Assembly (NCBI RefSeq): GCF_947489565.1
Contig: NZ_CANLEA010000015.1
Location: 70,410 to 134,409, forward strand
Source: an uncultured Kordia sp.
GTDB lineage: Bacteria; Bacteroidota; Bacteroidia; Flavobacteriales; Flavobacteriaceae
Length of the DNA stretch: 64,000 nt
Reading direction: 5' to 3'
The notes under the pieces: generated by a model
Told to the model about the DNA's origin: nothing
Databases searched by the model: none
Seen by the model: the letters and a program-made list of their open reading frames with translations, nothing else
Shown: in pieces, positions 9,188 through 19,212 of the stretch
How positions within the stretch are numbered: position 1 is the stretch's first letter
How the letters are laid out: each line of letters opens with the position of its first letter
Made by a program: the position numbers and the translations under genes

Positions 9188-12100
9188 TTGAAAAAATATA
9201 GCCTTCTTAGTATACTCATTTGTCTTTTAATTTCCTGCTCATCAGAAAATTCAAAAGCCAAGTTTTCGTATGTCAAATCCTCACATTCAAACATCAATTT
9301 TACCAATACGATTGTTGAAAACGACTCAGTAAATGTCGTGATGTTTCAATATGTGTACAATGGTGGCGGTGTTGGAATTGGCGACTTTAACAATGATGGA
9401 CTTTCGGATATCGTCTTTACAGGAAACCAAGTTTCTTCAAAAATGTATATCAACAAAGGAAATTTTCAATTTGAAGACATCAGCGAAAACGCACAGTTTA
9501 AAACGAGTTCTTGGGTTACAGGCGTTTCTATTATTGACATTAACACAGATGGTTATGAAGATATTTATTTAAATGTTGGAGGTGCCAATTGTAACAATGA
9601 TTGTGAAAATTTACTCTTCATCAATCAAGGCCTCGATGCAAATGGCTTTCCAACGTTCAAAGAACAAGCAGCGGAATATAACCTAGCAGATGGAAATTAC
9701 AGTCAACAAACTGCTTTTTTTGACTATGATTCTGATGGAGATTTAGATGCGTTTATCACCAGAAATGGAAATGTAAAATTCGACAAAAACTCACCAGTGC
9801 CAAAAAACTATATGCCAAAAAACTTAGCAGACATGCTCTTACGAAACGATCGTAAAGAAGGTGTGAATCATCCTGTGTTTACAGATGTTTCAGATAGTTT
9901 GGGCATTACGTACAAAGGCTTTTCATTAGGTGTGAATATTCAGGATTTTAACGGCGACAATCTTCCAGATATCTATGTTTCCAACGATTTTATTACCGAA
10001 GATTTGTTGTACATCAACCAAGGAAATCATCCAGAAACCAACAAACATCAAGGATTTACAGAAAGTAACAAACAGTTTTTAAGTCATATTACGTACAATG
10101 CAATGGGCGTAGATATTTCAGATATCAACAATGATGCGCTTCCAGATATTTTAGTAGTAGATATGTTACCAGAAAGCTACGATCGTCAAAAACGCATGCT
10201 TGGTGTGATGAATTATGACAAATACGAACTCTCAAAACGCAACAACTATAACTCACAATTCATGCACAATACATTGCAATTGCATAACGGAATGCTAAAC
10301 GATTCTGTATTAAAAGCAAGTGAAGTTGGTTATATGTCGGGAATGGCTTCCACAGATTGGAGTTGGGCACCAATTTTGGCAGATTTTGACAATGACGGCG
10401 ATAAAGATGCATACATCACAAACGGTTATGTAAAAGACTTAACCGATTTAGATTTTATCAACTATTCTACGCAAAATACTATGTTTGGTAGCAAAGAATC
10501 CCGTACCAAACGTTTGCGAGAATTGCTCAACAAAATTCCAAGTGTACACTTGCCAAACTATTTCTACGAGAACAAAGGCGCCATTCAATTCAACGATGTT
10601 AGTAAGGATTGGAAAGTTGCAGAAAATTCATTCTCAAACGGTGCAGCCTACGCAGATTTTGACAATGATGGCGATTTAGATTTGGTGGTGAATAACATTA
10701 ATCAAGAAGCTTTTCTACTCAAAAACAACACAAACACTCCAGAAACAAACAACTATCTAAGAATCAAGCTAAAAGGAGAAGTAGCGAATGCAAAAGCAAT
10801 AGGCGCAAAAGTAACTATTTGGCAAAATGGAAATGCACAACATCAGTATCAATCCGTCATACGCGGGTATTTATCGTCTATGGAACCGATAGTGCATTTT
10901 GGAGTAGCCTCAAATACTGCTGTAGATTCTTTACAAGTACTTTGGCCAAATGGAAAGGTTTCTAGCATGACAAATGTTGCCGTGAATTCGGTGGTTGAGG
11001 CTGATATCAAATCTGCGTTCGACAAGAATATTTCAAAAAATACAACAGAAACCATATTTACAGATGTTTCAAACAGACTGGATTTTGAGCACAAGGAAAA
11101 TCGCGGTCACGATTATGTATTGCAACACTTATTGATGCGTCAGTATTCGAAATTTGGACCATGTATCGCTGCGGCGGATGTGGACAATCAACCTGGAGAT
11201 GAAGTATTCATTGGCGGAAGCAAAGGTGAAGCTGCAACCATTTGGACACAGACTAGTACAGGAACTTTTGAATTATTGCAAGAATTAGACAGTAAACACG
11301 AAGATACAGATGCCGTTTTTGTGGATATTGATAATGACAATGATTTGGATCTATATGTCGCTAGCGGCGGAACGGAAGTACAACGAAATGCGCCAGTACT
11401 ACAAGATCGAATCTATCTAAATGATGGAAATGGTCATTTCAGTCAAGCTGAAAATATATTGCCGGAAATTTTTGAAGTCAGTGCGCGTGTACGACCAAAT
11501 GATTTTGATAAAAATGGCGATATTGATTTCTTCATCGGAAGCAGAATCGTACAAGGACGTTATCCGCAAGCGCCAAAAAGCCAATTGCTTACAAACACAA
11601 ACGGCACATTTTTAGCAACGACAAATGATGCTTTGACCAATCTCGGAATGATTACAGATGCTACTTGGCAAGACATCAACAATGATGGTTGGGACGATTT
11701 AATTGTAGTAGGCGAGTGGCTGCCAATAACGATCTTTCTTAACAATAATGGAACACTAGAAAAATCATCGCCAAACTTTACCAATGCAACAAACGAAACA
11801 GTAGAAACTTTTGGTTGGTGGAATGCCATCAAAGCAGCAGATTTTGACAACGATGGCGATCTAGACTTTATCGTTGGAAATCAAGGTGAAAATGGTTTTG
11901 TATTGCCCAAAGAAAATAAACCTGTGTATGTCTATAAAAACGATTATGACAACAATGGTAGTACCGATCCTATAGTCGCCCAATACTTTAACGATCCAGA
12001 AAATAACAACACATTATTGCCAGTACAAACACGCGATGATGTCATGAAACAACTCGTAAAACTCAAAGATAGATACTTAACGTATAAGGATTTTGCCAAA

Positions 12101-12544
12101 GTAAGTTTCACAGAATTACTCAACATAGAAAATTTAGAAGAAGAAACATTCAAAGCAACTACATTTTCAAGTAGTTATATAGAAAACCTTGGAAATGGAA
12201 ACTATAAAATCACCAAACTTCCAGAGCAATGTCAAGTCGCACCAATCAATGATATTTTACTAAAAGATATTGACAATGATGGCTTTACAGATGCCTTATT
12301 AGTTGGAAATGACTTAACTGCAGAAACCAATTACGGACTCAACGATGCGCTGATTGGCGTGCATTTAAAAGGTAGTAAAAACGGTTTTGAAGTAGTCAAA
12401 AATAGTGCTTCAGGATTTTACGTACCAGGACAATCACATCACATTGTAACACTAAAATCTGCCACAGGAGAAACCATGATTTTGGCTTCTCAGAACAACA
12501 CAAATGCTAAAATCTTTTTAATCAAAGAAAGCGAAAAAAAATGA
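9188..12544 (+). CDS. FG-GAP/VCBS-repeat lipoprotein with ASPIC/UnbV domain (CRTAC1-like)
   Basis: Lipobox LLISCSSEN, many DxxxDGxxD Ca-binding repeats (GDFNNDGLSDI, DFDNDGDLDL) and RGYLSSMEPIVHFG UnbV-type segment. TTG start. Confidence 0.85.
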   Translation: MKKYSLLSILICLLISCSSENSKAKFSYVKSSHSNINFTNTIVENDSVNVVMFQYVYNGGGVGIGDFNNDGLSDIVFTGNQVSSKMYINKGNFQFEDISENAQFKTSSWVTGVSIIDINTDGYEDIYLNVGGANCNNDCENLLFINQGLDANGFPTFKEQAAEYNLADGNYSQQTAFFDYDSDGDLDAFITRNGNVKFDKNSPVPKNYMPKNLADMLLRNDRKEGVNHPVFTDVSDSLGITYKGFSLGVNIQDFNGDNLPDIYVSNDFITEDLLYINQGNHPETNKHQGFTESNKQFLSHITYNAMGVDISDINNDALPDILVVDMLPESYDRQKRMLGVMNYDKYELSKRNNYNSQFMHNTLQLHNGMLNDSVLKASEVGYMSGMASTDWSWAPILADFDNDGDKDAYITNGYVKDLTDLDFINYSTQNTMFGSKESRTKRLRELLNKIPSVHLPNYFYENKGAIQFNDVSKDWKVAENSFSNGAAYADFDNDGDLDLVVNNINQEAFLLKNNTNTPETNNYLRIKLKGEVANAKAIGAKVTIWQNGNAQHQYQSVIRGYLSSMEPIVHFGVASNTAVDSLQVLWPNGKVSSMTNVAVNSVVEADIKSAFDKNISKNTTETIFTDVSNRLDFEHKENRGHDYVLQHLLMRQYSKFGPCIAAADVDNQPGDEVFIGGSKGEAATIWTQTSTGTFELLQELDSKHEDTDAVFVDIDNDNDLDLYVASGGTEVQRNAPVLQDRIYLNDGNGHFSQAENILPEIFEVSARVRPNDFDKNGDIDFFIGSRIVQGRYPQAPKSQLLTNTNGTFLATTNDALTNLGMITDATWQDINNDGWDDLIVVGEWLPITIFLNNNGTLEKSSPNFTNATNETVETFGWWNAIKAADFDNDGDLDFIVGNQGENGFVLPKENKPVYVYKNDYDNNGSTDPIVAQYFNDPENNNTLLPVQTRDDVMKQLVKLKDRYLTYKDFAKVSFTELLNIENLEEETFKATTFSSSYIENLGNGNYKITKLPEQCQVAPINDILLKDIDNDGFTDALLVGNDLTAETNYGLNDALIGVHLKGSKNGFEVVKNSASGFYVPGQSHHIVTLKSATGETMILASQNNTNAKIFLIKESEKK

Positions 12545-14310
12545 TGACAGTAAACCATACAGTCCCAACAACGGACATTCAAATAGTAGGACTCTCCGAG
12601 AATTTTAAAACACATCTTCATGAAGTGTACAGTCATAATCGAGTTTCTATATACGAACTCAATATTACCGCTGTAGAACCCGAAATTCCAACTCCTTTAA
12701 CTATCAAATGGAAAATTCCAGCACACAATGTCAAAGGACTTTGGAAACCTACAACCGATTTCGCCAAAAGAATTCAAGCCGATTGGGAACTAAAACCGAT
12801 GGAATCACGCATATCGATTGATTCTCCCGTCATTTCACTATTCGGAAATAAAGACGAAAACAGACATACATTTGCGTGTTCAAATGCTATTAATAAACTA
12901 GAATTAGACGCCGTAATTCGTGAAGAAGACGATTATTTCTATTGTCATATCAAAATGTTTGCAGAGCGACATTCTAAGCTAAATCAATACAACGTACAAA
13001 TTCGTATTGATTCGGGAGAAAAACACTTTTCAGAAGCGATCAGAGAAGTATCGCAATGGTGGGAAAACTATGAAAACTTAGCGCCAGCTTATGTACCGGA
13101 AATTGCACAAACGCCGTTGTATTCTACGTGGTATCAATTTCACCAAGACTTGGAAGAAAACACATTGATAGAAGAATGCAAACTAGCGTACGGACTAGGC
13201 TATCGCTCTATTGTCATAGATGATGGCTGGCAAACCAACGACAACAATCGCGGATATGATTATACAGGCGATTGGAATCCAGATCGTTTGTCAAAAACGC
13301 GCGAATTTGTCGACAATGTTCATGCGACTGGAATGAAAGTTGGTTTTTGGTATTCGGTACCTTTCTGCGGAAAAAAATCAGAAGCGTACAAACGTTTCAA
13401 AGGAAAATTCTTAACCGAAAACCACCGTTGGGCGCCAGTGTTTGATCCAAGATATCCAGAAGTCAGAGAATATCTAATCAATATCTATAAAACAGCGTTA
13501 ATCGACTGGAATTTAGATGGTTTTAAACTTGATTTTATTGACGATTTTAAACTCTATCCAGATACACTTCGAGAAAAAAATGATGAAATGGACTTTCATT
13601 CCATCAACGAAGCTGTCGATCGTTTATTGACAGATGTCATGTATACCTTACGCGCCATCAATCCAGAAGTATTTATAGAATTCAGGCAAAAATATACAGG
13701 TCCAGCCATGCGAAAATACGGAAACATGTTCCGTGCTTTTGATTGTCCAGGCGATGGTGTCATGAACAGAGTTCGGATTGCAGACATCAAAATGCTTGCA
13801 GGAAATACAGCCGTACACAGCGATATGATTACATGGCATAATGATGAAACCGTTGAAGTTGCCGCATTGCAATTGGTAAATACACTCTTTGGCGTGCCTC
13901 AAATTTCGGTGAAGCTCAAAAATGTTCCTGAAAATCATTTAAAAATGATTAAATTCTACACAAATTATTGGAACATTAATAAAGAAACAATTACCACAGG
14001 ACATTTTATTCCATCGCGACCGTTGGCAAACTATCCGTTACAGCAAGTCTCTAAAAATGGCAATTTGATCATTGGAGTGTATGACGATCATGTTGTACAC
14101 ATCAATGAAAACGCAAATACAATTGACATCCTCAATGGAAAATTAACGACATCCGTTGTTGTAAAAAGTACCGTTGATGCTGGCGAATACAGTTTGACCA
14201 CTTTTGATTGTATGGGAGAAAAAACCAATCACTACAACATCAACTTGAAACAAGGATTGTTTGAAGTGGAAACGCCTGCTTGTGGTTTAATTCAACTAAA
14301 AAAAATCTAA
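12541..14310 (+). CDS. Glycoside hydrolase, GH36/clan-D alpha-galactosidase-like, predicted cytoplasmic
   Basis: YSTWY, IVIDDGWQ, nucleophile motif DGFKLDF and putative acid/base RAFDC. No signal peptide. Confidence 0.82.
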   Translation: MMTVNHTVPTTDIQIVGLSENFKTHLHEVYSHNRVSIYELNITAVEPEIPTPLTIKWKIPAHNVKGLWKPTTDFAKRIQADWELKPMESRISIDSPVISLFGNKDENRHTFACSNAINKLELDAVIREEDDYFYCHIKMFAERHSKLNQYNVQIRIDSGEKHFSEAIREVSQWWENYENLAPAYVPEIAQTPLYSTWYQFHQDLEENTLIEECKLAYGLGYRSIVIDDGWQTNDNNRGYDYTGDWNPDRLSKTREFVDNVHATGMKVGFWYSVPFCGKKSEAYKRFKGKFLTENHRWAPVFDPRYPEVREYLINIYKTALIDWNLDGFKLDFIDDFKLYPDTLREKNDEMDFHSINEAVDRLLTDVMYTLRAINPEVFIEFRQKYTGPAMRKYGNMFRAFDCPGDGVMNRVRIADIKMLAGNTAVHSDMITWHNDETVEVAALQLVNTLFGVPQISVKLKNVPENHLKMIKFYTNYWNINKETITTGHFIPSRPLANYPLQQVSKNGNLIIGVYDDHVVHINENANTIDILNGKLTTSVVVKSTVDAGEYSLTTFDCMGEKTNHYNINLKQGLFEVETPACGLIQLKKI

Positions 14311-14313
14311 CCT

Positions 14314-15972
14314 ATGGATTCATTATCAATCATTTCATTTATTGGCTTTACACTTTTAGTAGCATTTATTGCGTGGTATGCCACCAGAGGCACAGACGAA
14401 AGTACTGCAAAAGGATATTATTTGGGAGGAAGAAGCCTTGGATTCATAACCATTGCAGGTTCATTACTACTCACCAATTTATCCGCAGAACAAATTGTTG
14501 GACTAAACGGACAATCTTTTACCGAAGGTGTATTGGTCATGGCTTGGGAAACCTTGGCAGCAATCGCCATGATATTTACAGCCATCTATCTATTACCCAA
14601 ATACATGCGTTCGGGAATTACGACGATTCCAGAATTCATTCAAGATCGTTTTGACAAGCAAACAAAAGCCATACTATCTGTTTTATTCATCATAGCGTTT
14701 GGAGTAGTATTACTGCCAACCATCTTATATTCAGGGTCTTTGGCGTTTAGCACGATGTTCGATTTGCCAACACTATTTGGAATGTCGCAAGGAAGTGTCA
14801 TCACAATCTGTGTGTGGTCTATTGGAATTATAGGTGTGATTTATGCAATTTTTGGAGGATTAAAAGCTGTAGCCGTATCTGATTTAGTGAATGCAATCGG
14901 ATTGTTAATTGGTGGATTGTTAATTCCGATTTTTGGTTTACTATTAATTGGAGATGGAAGTATTTCTGATGGAATTAGTACGCTTTGGAACGAAAATCCA
15001 GAAAAATTTGATGCTATCGGAGAAGTAGATGCTTCTATTCCTTTTGGGACGATCTTTACAGGAATGATGATTGCACAAATGTATTATTGGGGAACAAATC
15101 AATCCATATTGCAACGTGTATTTGGTGCGAAAAGTTTAAAAGAAGGACAAAAAGGAATGATTCTCGCAGGATTTGTCAAATTCTTAATTCCAATCATTGT
15201 TGTATTGCCTGGAATCATCGCATGGCATTTATTTGATGGAACGCTTGAAAATGCAGACGAAGCTTATCCTTCACTTGTGAAAAAAGTATTACCAGGCGCA
15301 TATCTTGGATTCTTCGCTGCGGTTTTATTTGGCGCAGTATTAAGTTCCTTCAATAGTTTACTAAACAGTAGTGCGACCTTATTCGGATTTGACTTGTACA
15401 AACAATATTTTAAAGGAAATGCTACCGAAAAAGAAACCGTAAAAGCGGGGAAAATCTTCGGGTTATTATTGGCGTTAATTTCGATGTCTATCGCGCCATT
15501 TATCGCCGACGCACCAGATGGTTTATTTGCCTATATTCAAGAATCGTTAGGAAGTTTAAGTGTACCAATTTTAGCTGTTGTAGCCATTGGAATCTTAACA
15601 AAACATGTACCAGCCTTAGGCGCAAAGATTGTATTAACGGTTGGTGTGTTAATGTACCTTATCAGTCAATTTGTAGTTCAACCAATTTTTGTAGATGCCG
15701 CTTTGGCGGAAGCAGCAACGAATGGAGTTACGAATGCGAAAGAATTAGGCATTATCAAAGCGAATGCCTATCCGCACTTTTTACATGTCATGGGAATTTT
15801 GTTTGTCATCAACATTGCCATCATGCTCATTATTGGAAAACTACGTCCTAAAACAGACGAGTACATTCCAAAAGTTACAGAAGAGATTGATATTACGCCA
15901 TGGAAATATGCAAAAATCGTAGGATTAATCATTACGATCATGGTACTAAGCACCTATTTAATATTTAAATAA
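14314..15972 (+). CDS. Sodium:solute symporter (SSS family, YidK-like sugar/glycoside transporter)
   Basis: YYLGGRSL, SLLLTNLSAEQIVGLNG, YYWGTNQSILQRVFGAKS and about 14 hydrophobic helices. Confidence 0.92.
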   Translation: MDSLSIISFIGFTLLVAFIAWYATRGTDESTAKGYYLGGRSLGFITIAGSLLLTNLSAEQIVGLNGQSFTEGVLVMAWETLAAIAMIFTAIYLLPKYMRSGITTIPEFIQDRFDKQTKAILSVLFIIAFGVVLLPTILYSGSLAFSTMFDLPTLFGMSQGSVITICVWSIGIIGVIYAIFGGLKAVAVSDLVNAIGLLIGGLLIPIFGLLLIGDGSISDGISTLWNENPEKFDAIGEVDASIPFGTIFTGMMIAQMYYWGTNQSILQRVFGAKSLKEGQKGMILAGFVKFLIPIIVVLPGIIAWHLFDGTLENADEAYPSLVKKVLPGAYLGFFAAVLFGAVLSSFNSLLNSSATLFGFDLYKQYFKGNATEKETVKAGKIFGLLLALISMSIAPFIADAPDGLFAYIQESLGSLSVPILAVVAIGILTKHVPALGAKIVLTVGVLMYLISQFVVQPIFVDAALAEAATNGVTNAKELGIIKANAYPHFLHVMGILFVINIAIMLIIGKLRPKTDEYIPKVTEEIDITPWKYAKIVGLIITIMVLSTYLIFK

Positions 15973-16001
15973 CTCCAACTAAAAATACCAAACCACAAGC
16001 G

Positions 16002-19000
16002 ATGGAAAAGAAATATGTAGTAGCCTTTGATCAAGGAACCACAAGCACAAGAACGATTGTCTTTGATCAAAAAGGTCAAATTCATGCTATTGCACAAAAA
16101 GAGTTAACACAACACTATCCAGAATCTGGTTGGGTAGAACACAATCCGATGGATATCTACAACGATCAGGTAGAAACCTTTCACAAAGCAATTTCAACTA
16201 GTGGAATTTCAGCAGAAGAAATTGCGGCTGTCGGAATTACAAATCAGCGTGAAACTACCGTAGTTTGGGATAAAGAAACAGGAGAACCTATTTATAATGC
16301 GATTGTTTGGTTGGACAAAAGAACGACTGAAATCTGTGATCAACTCAAGCAAAATGGCATGTCGGAATATGTACGTCAATCTACAGGTTTGGTGATTGAT
16401 TCGTATTTTTCTGGAACAAAACTCAAATGGATTTTAGATCATGTAAAAGGCGCTAGAGAAAAAGCAGCTGCAGGAAAATTGTGTTTTGGAACGGTTGATA
16501 GTTGGCTGATTTATAAATTCACGAACGGAAAAAAACACGTGACCGATCATACGAATGCGTCACGTACAATGATATACGATATCAAAAATTTATGTTGGGA
16601 TGATACACTTTTAAAAGCATTGCAAATTCCAAAATCAGTCTTGCCAACAGTTCAACAATCTTCTTCCGATTTTGGAAGTATTGATTACAAAGGCACCGAA
16701 ATTCCAATCTTTGGAGTCGCTGGAGATCAACAAGCATCGTTGTTTGGACAAGGTGGACTCAAATCAGGAATTGCCAAAAACACCTACGGAACAGGTTGTT
16801 TTATGCTATTGAATATTGGTAAAAAAATTGTGACTTCTAAAAGTGGTTTGTTAACGACATTGACCTGTAGTTTGGAAAATGAACCTGTAAAATATGCTTT
16901 GGAAGGAAGTATTTTTGTAGGTGGCGCTTCCATTCAATGGTTGCGTGATCGGATGCAAATCATAGAAAAAGCATCGGATACCGAAGCAATTTGCAATAGT
17001 ATTCCGCCATTAAAAAATATCTATGTAGTTCCGGCTTTCGCTGGATTGGGCGCGCCGCATTGGGACGACAAAGCCAAAGGAAGTATTTACGGAATGACCT
17101 TAGATACAGGCAAAAACGAACTCATCAAAGCAACAGTGGAAGCTTTAGCCTATCAAACAAAAGATGTCATTACTGCCATGATCAATGATAGTGGTAAGGA
17201 AATGAAAACGCTCAAAGTAGATGGTGGCGCAAGTGCCAATAACTATTTGATGCAGTTTCAATCAGATATTTTGAATGTTGCGGTAGACAGACCTAAAATG
17301 ATTGAAGTCACAGCCTTTGGAGCAGCATTGTTGGCTGGAATCAAAGCAGGAATTTGGACGAAAAATGATATTGAAACCATTCGTGAAGTAGATACTATTT
17401 TCACTTCTGAAATGAAGCCTAAAACCCGCAAAAAGAAATACAAAGGCTGGCAAAAAGCGGTAGAACGCACCAAAAGTTCCAACAAAAAAAAAGTCGCATC
17501 TAAAGAAATTCGTTTTTCAGTCTTAGATCGTCAACGACAACTCAAAAAAATAAAATCCGAAACCTTTGATTTAATCGTCATTGGAGGCGGCGTTACAGGT
17601 GCGGGAATTGCCTTAGATGCTTCTTCTAGAGGTATGAATGTTTGTTTGATAGAAAAAAATGACTTCGCTTCGGGAACGAGTAATAAATCTACAAAACTGA
17701 TTCATGGTGGATTGCGATACCTAAAACAATTGGAAATTGGATTGGTACGTGAATCGGGCTCAGAACGTGCTATTGTACACAAACTAGCTCCACATTTAGT
17801 CATTCCAGAAAAGATGTTATTGCCATTAATAGAAGGCGGAACGTATGGAAAAATGATGACGTCTATTGGTTTAAAAGTATATGATTTATTGGCAAATGTG
17901 GGCGGCGATGATCGTCGTAAAATGCTGAATAAACAAGAAACGCTCGACAAAGAACCTTTGTTGGACGAAAGCATCGTGTTAGGAAGTGGTTATTATGCCG
18001 AATACCGAACCGATGATGCACGTTTGACGATAGAAATTCTTAAAAAAGCAACTGAATTTGGCGCAACGATTATCAATTATTGCGAAATGGAATCGTTTGC
18101 ATATGACGATGATGGTAAAATTGAACATTTACATTGTATTGATAATAATACAGGTAAAAAAATCAGCATAAAAGCACGTAATTATGTATCTGCGGCAGGT
18201 CCTTGGGTAGATTTACTTCGTGAAAAAGATCATTCCAAAAACAACAAACATTTACACTTGACAAAAGGAGTACATATTGTATTTCCGCATGAAAAATTAC
18301 CGATCAAACAATCTGTTTATTTTGATGTAGCTGATGGACGCATGATTTTTGCCATTCCACGCGGACGTTGTACGTATGTTGGGACAACCGATACCAATTA
18401 TTATGGAAATTTAGAACGTGTCGTTGCAACCAAAGAAGATGCAGAATATCTATTGAAAGCGGCAAATAATACTTTTCCAGACATTCATCTAACGATTGAT
18501 GATATTGAATCGAATTGGGCAGGATTACGTCCGTTGATTCACGAAGAGAAAAAAGATCCTTCAGAATTATCACGGAAAGATGAAATTTTTGTGTCTGATA
18601 GCGGTTTAATCTCTATTGCAGGAGGAAAATTAACAGGCTATCGTAAAATGGCGCAACGCGTGATTGATGAAGTTTTGAAAACATTGCCTAAAAAACGAAA
18701 GGACAAGCTTAAAAAATCGTCCACAAAAACCATAGAATTGGTACATCCTGCAATGCATTCTTCTCAAGAAGTTAAGGAATACCAAAAACAGTTGGAGGAA
18801 AAACTAGCAACTATCGGAATACAAGATTCGTATTATGCGTGGCATTTGTGTACTACCTTTGGAAAAAAAGCGGACACTATTATTGAAAGAGCCAATTTCT
18901 TTATTGATGGTACGCCGCAAGAACGTTTGATTCGTGCTGAATTATGGTATTGTATTCACAACGAAATGACCAATAGTTTGACAGATTTCTTTGTACGCAG

Positions 19001-19172
19001 AACGGGTCGTTTGTATTTCAATATCACAAGTATTCAACACTATTTGGAAGTCATTTTAAACGATTGTATCAATTATTTAGAGTGGGATACTGCTCGTGTG
19101 GAAGCAGAGAAAGCAACACTAGAGATGCTTTTAGCAGATGCTACCACATATTATGATAAAGAATTTGAGTAG
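16002..19172 (+). CDS. glpK-glpD: Fused glycerol kinase (N-terminal) and FAD-dependent glycerol-3-phosphate dehydrogenase (C-terminal)
   Basis: The first ~495 aa are GlpK (FDQGTTSTR, GITNQRETT, DHTNASRT, GDQQA, KNTYGTGCF). They continue in frame into GlpD (IGGGVTGAG, GTSNKSTKLIHGGLRYL, WAGLRPL, GGKLTGYRKMA). Confidence 0.93.
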   Translation: MEKKYVVAFDQGTTSTRTIVFDQKGQIHAIAQKELTQHYPESGWVEHNPMDIYNDQVETFHKAISTSGISAEEIAAVGITNQRETTVVWDKETGEPIYNAIVWLDKRTTEICDQLKQNGMSEYVRQSTGLVIDSYFSGTKLKWILDHVKGAREKAAAGKLCFGTVDSWLIYKFTNGKKHVTDHTNASRTMIYDIKNLCWDDTLLKALQIPKSVLPTVQQSSSDFGSIDYKGTEIPIFGVAGDQQASLFGQGGLKSGIAKNTYGTGCFMLLNIGKKIVTSKSGLLTTLTCSLENEPVKYALEGSIFVGGASIQWLRDRMQIIEKASDTEAICNSIPPLKNIYVVPAFAGLGAPHWDDKAKGSIYGMTLDTGKNELIKATVEALAYQTKDVITAMINDSGKEMKTLKVDGGASANNYLMQFQSDILNVAVDRPKMIEVTAFGAALLAGIKAGIWTKNDIETIREVDTIFTSEMKPKTRKKKYKGWQKAVERTKSSNKKKVASKEIRFSVLDRQRQLKKIKSETFDLIVIGGGVTGAGIALDASSRGMNVCLIEKNDFASGTSNKSTKLIHGGLRYLKQLEIGLVRESGSERAIVHKLAPHLVIPEKMLLPLIEGGTYGKMMTSIGLKVYDLLANVGGDDRRKMLNKQETLDKEPLLDESIVLGSGYYAEYRTDDARLTIEILKKATEFGATIINYCEMESFAYDDDGKIEHLHCIDNNTGKKISIKARNYVSAAGPWVDLLREKDHSKNNKHLHLTKGVHIVFPHEKLPIKQSVYFDVADGRMIFAIPRGRCTYVGTTDTNYYGNLERVVATKEDAEYLLKAANNTFPDIHLTIDDIESNWAGLRPLIHEEKKDPSELSRKDEIFVSDSGLISIAGGKLTGYRKMAQRVIDEVLKTLPKKRKDKLKKSSTKTIELVHPAMHSSQEVKEYQKQLEEKLATIGIQDSYYAWHLCTTFGKKADTIIERANFFIDGTPQERLIRAELWYCIHNEMTNSLTDFFVRRTGRLYFNITSIQHYLEVILNDCINYLEWDTARVEAEKATLEMLLADATTYYDKEFE

Positions 19173-19212
19173 TTTTGAAAGAATATAATTCGTACGCGTA
19201 AAAAGTCTAAAA

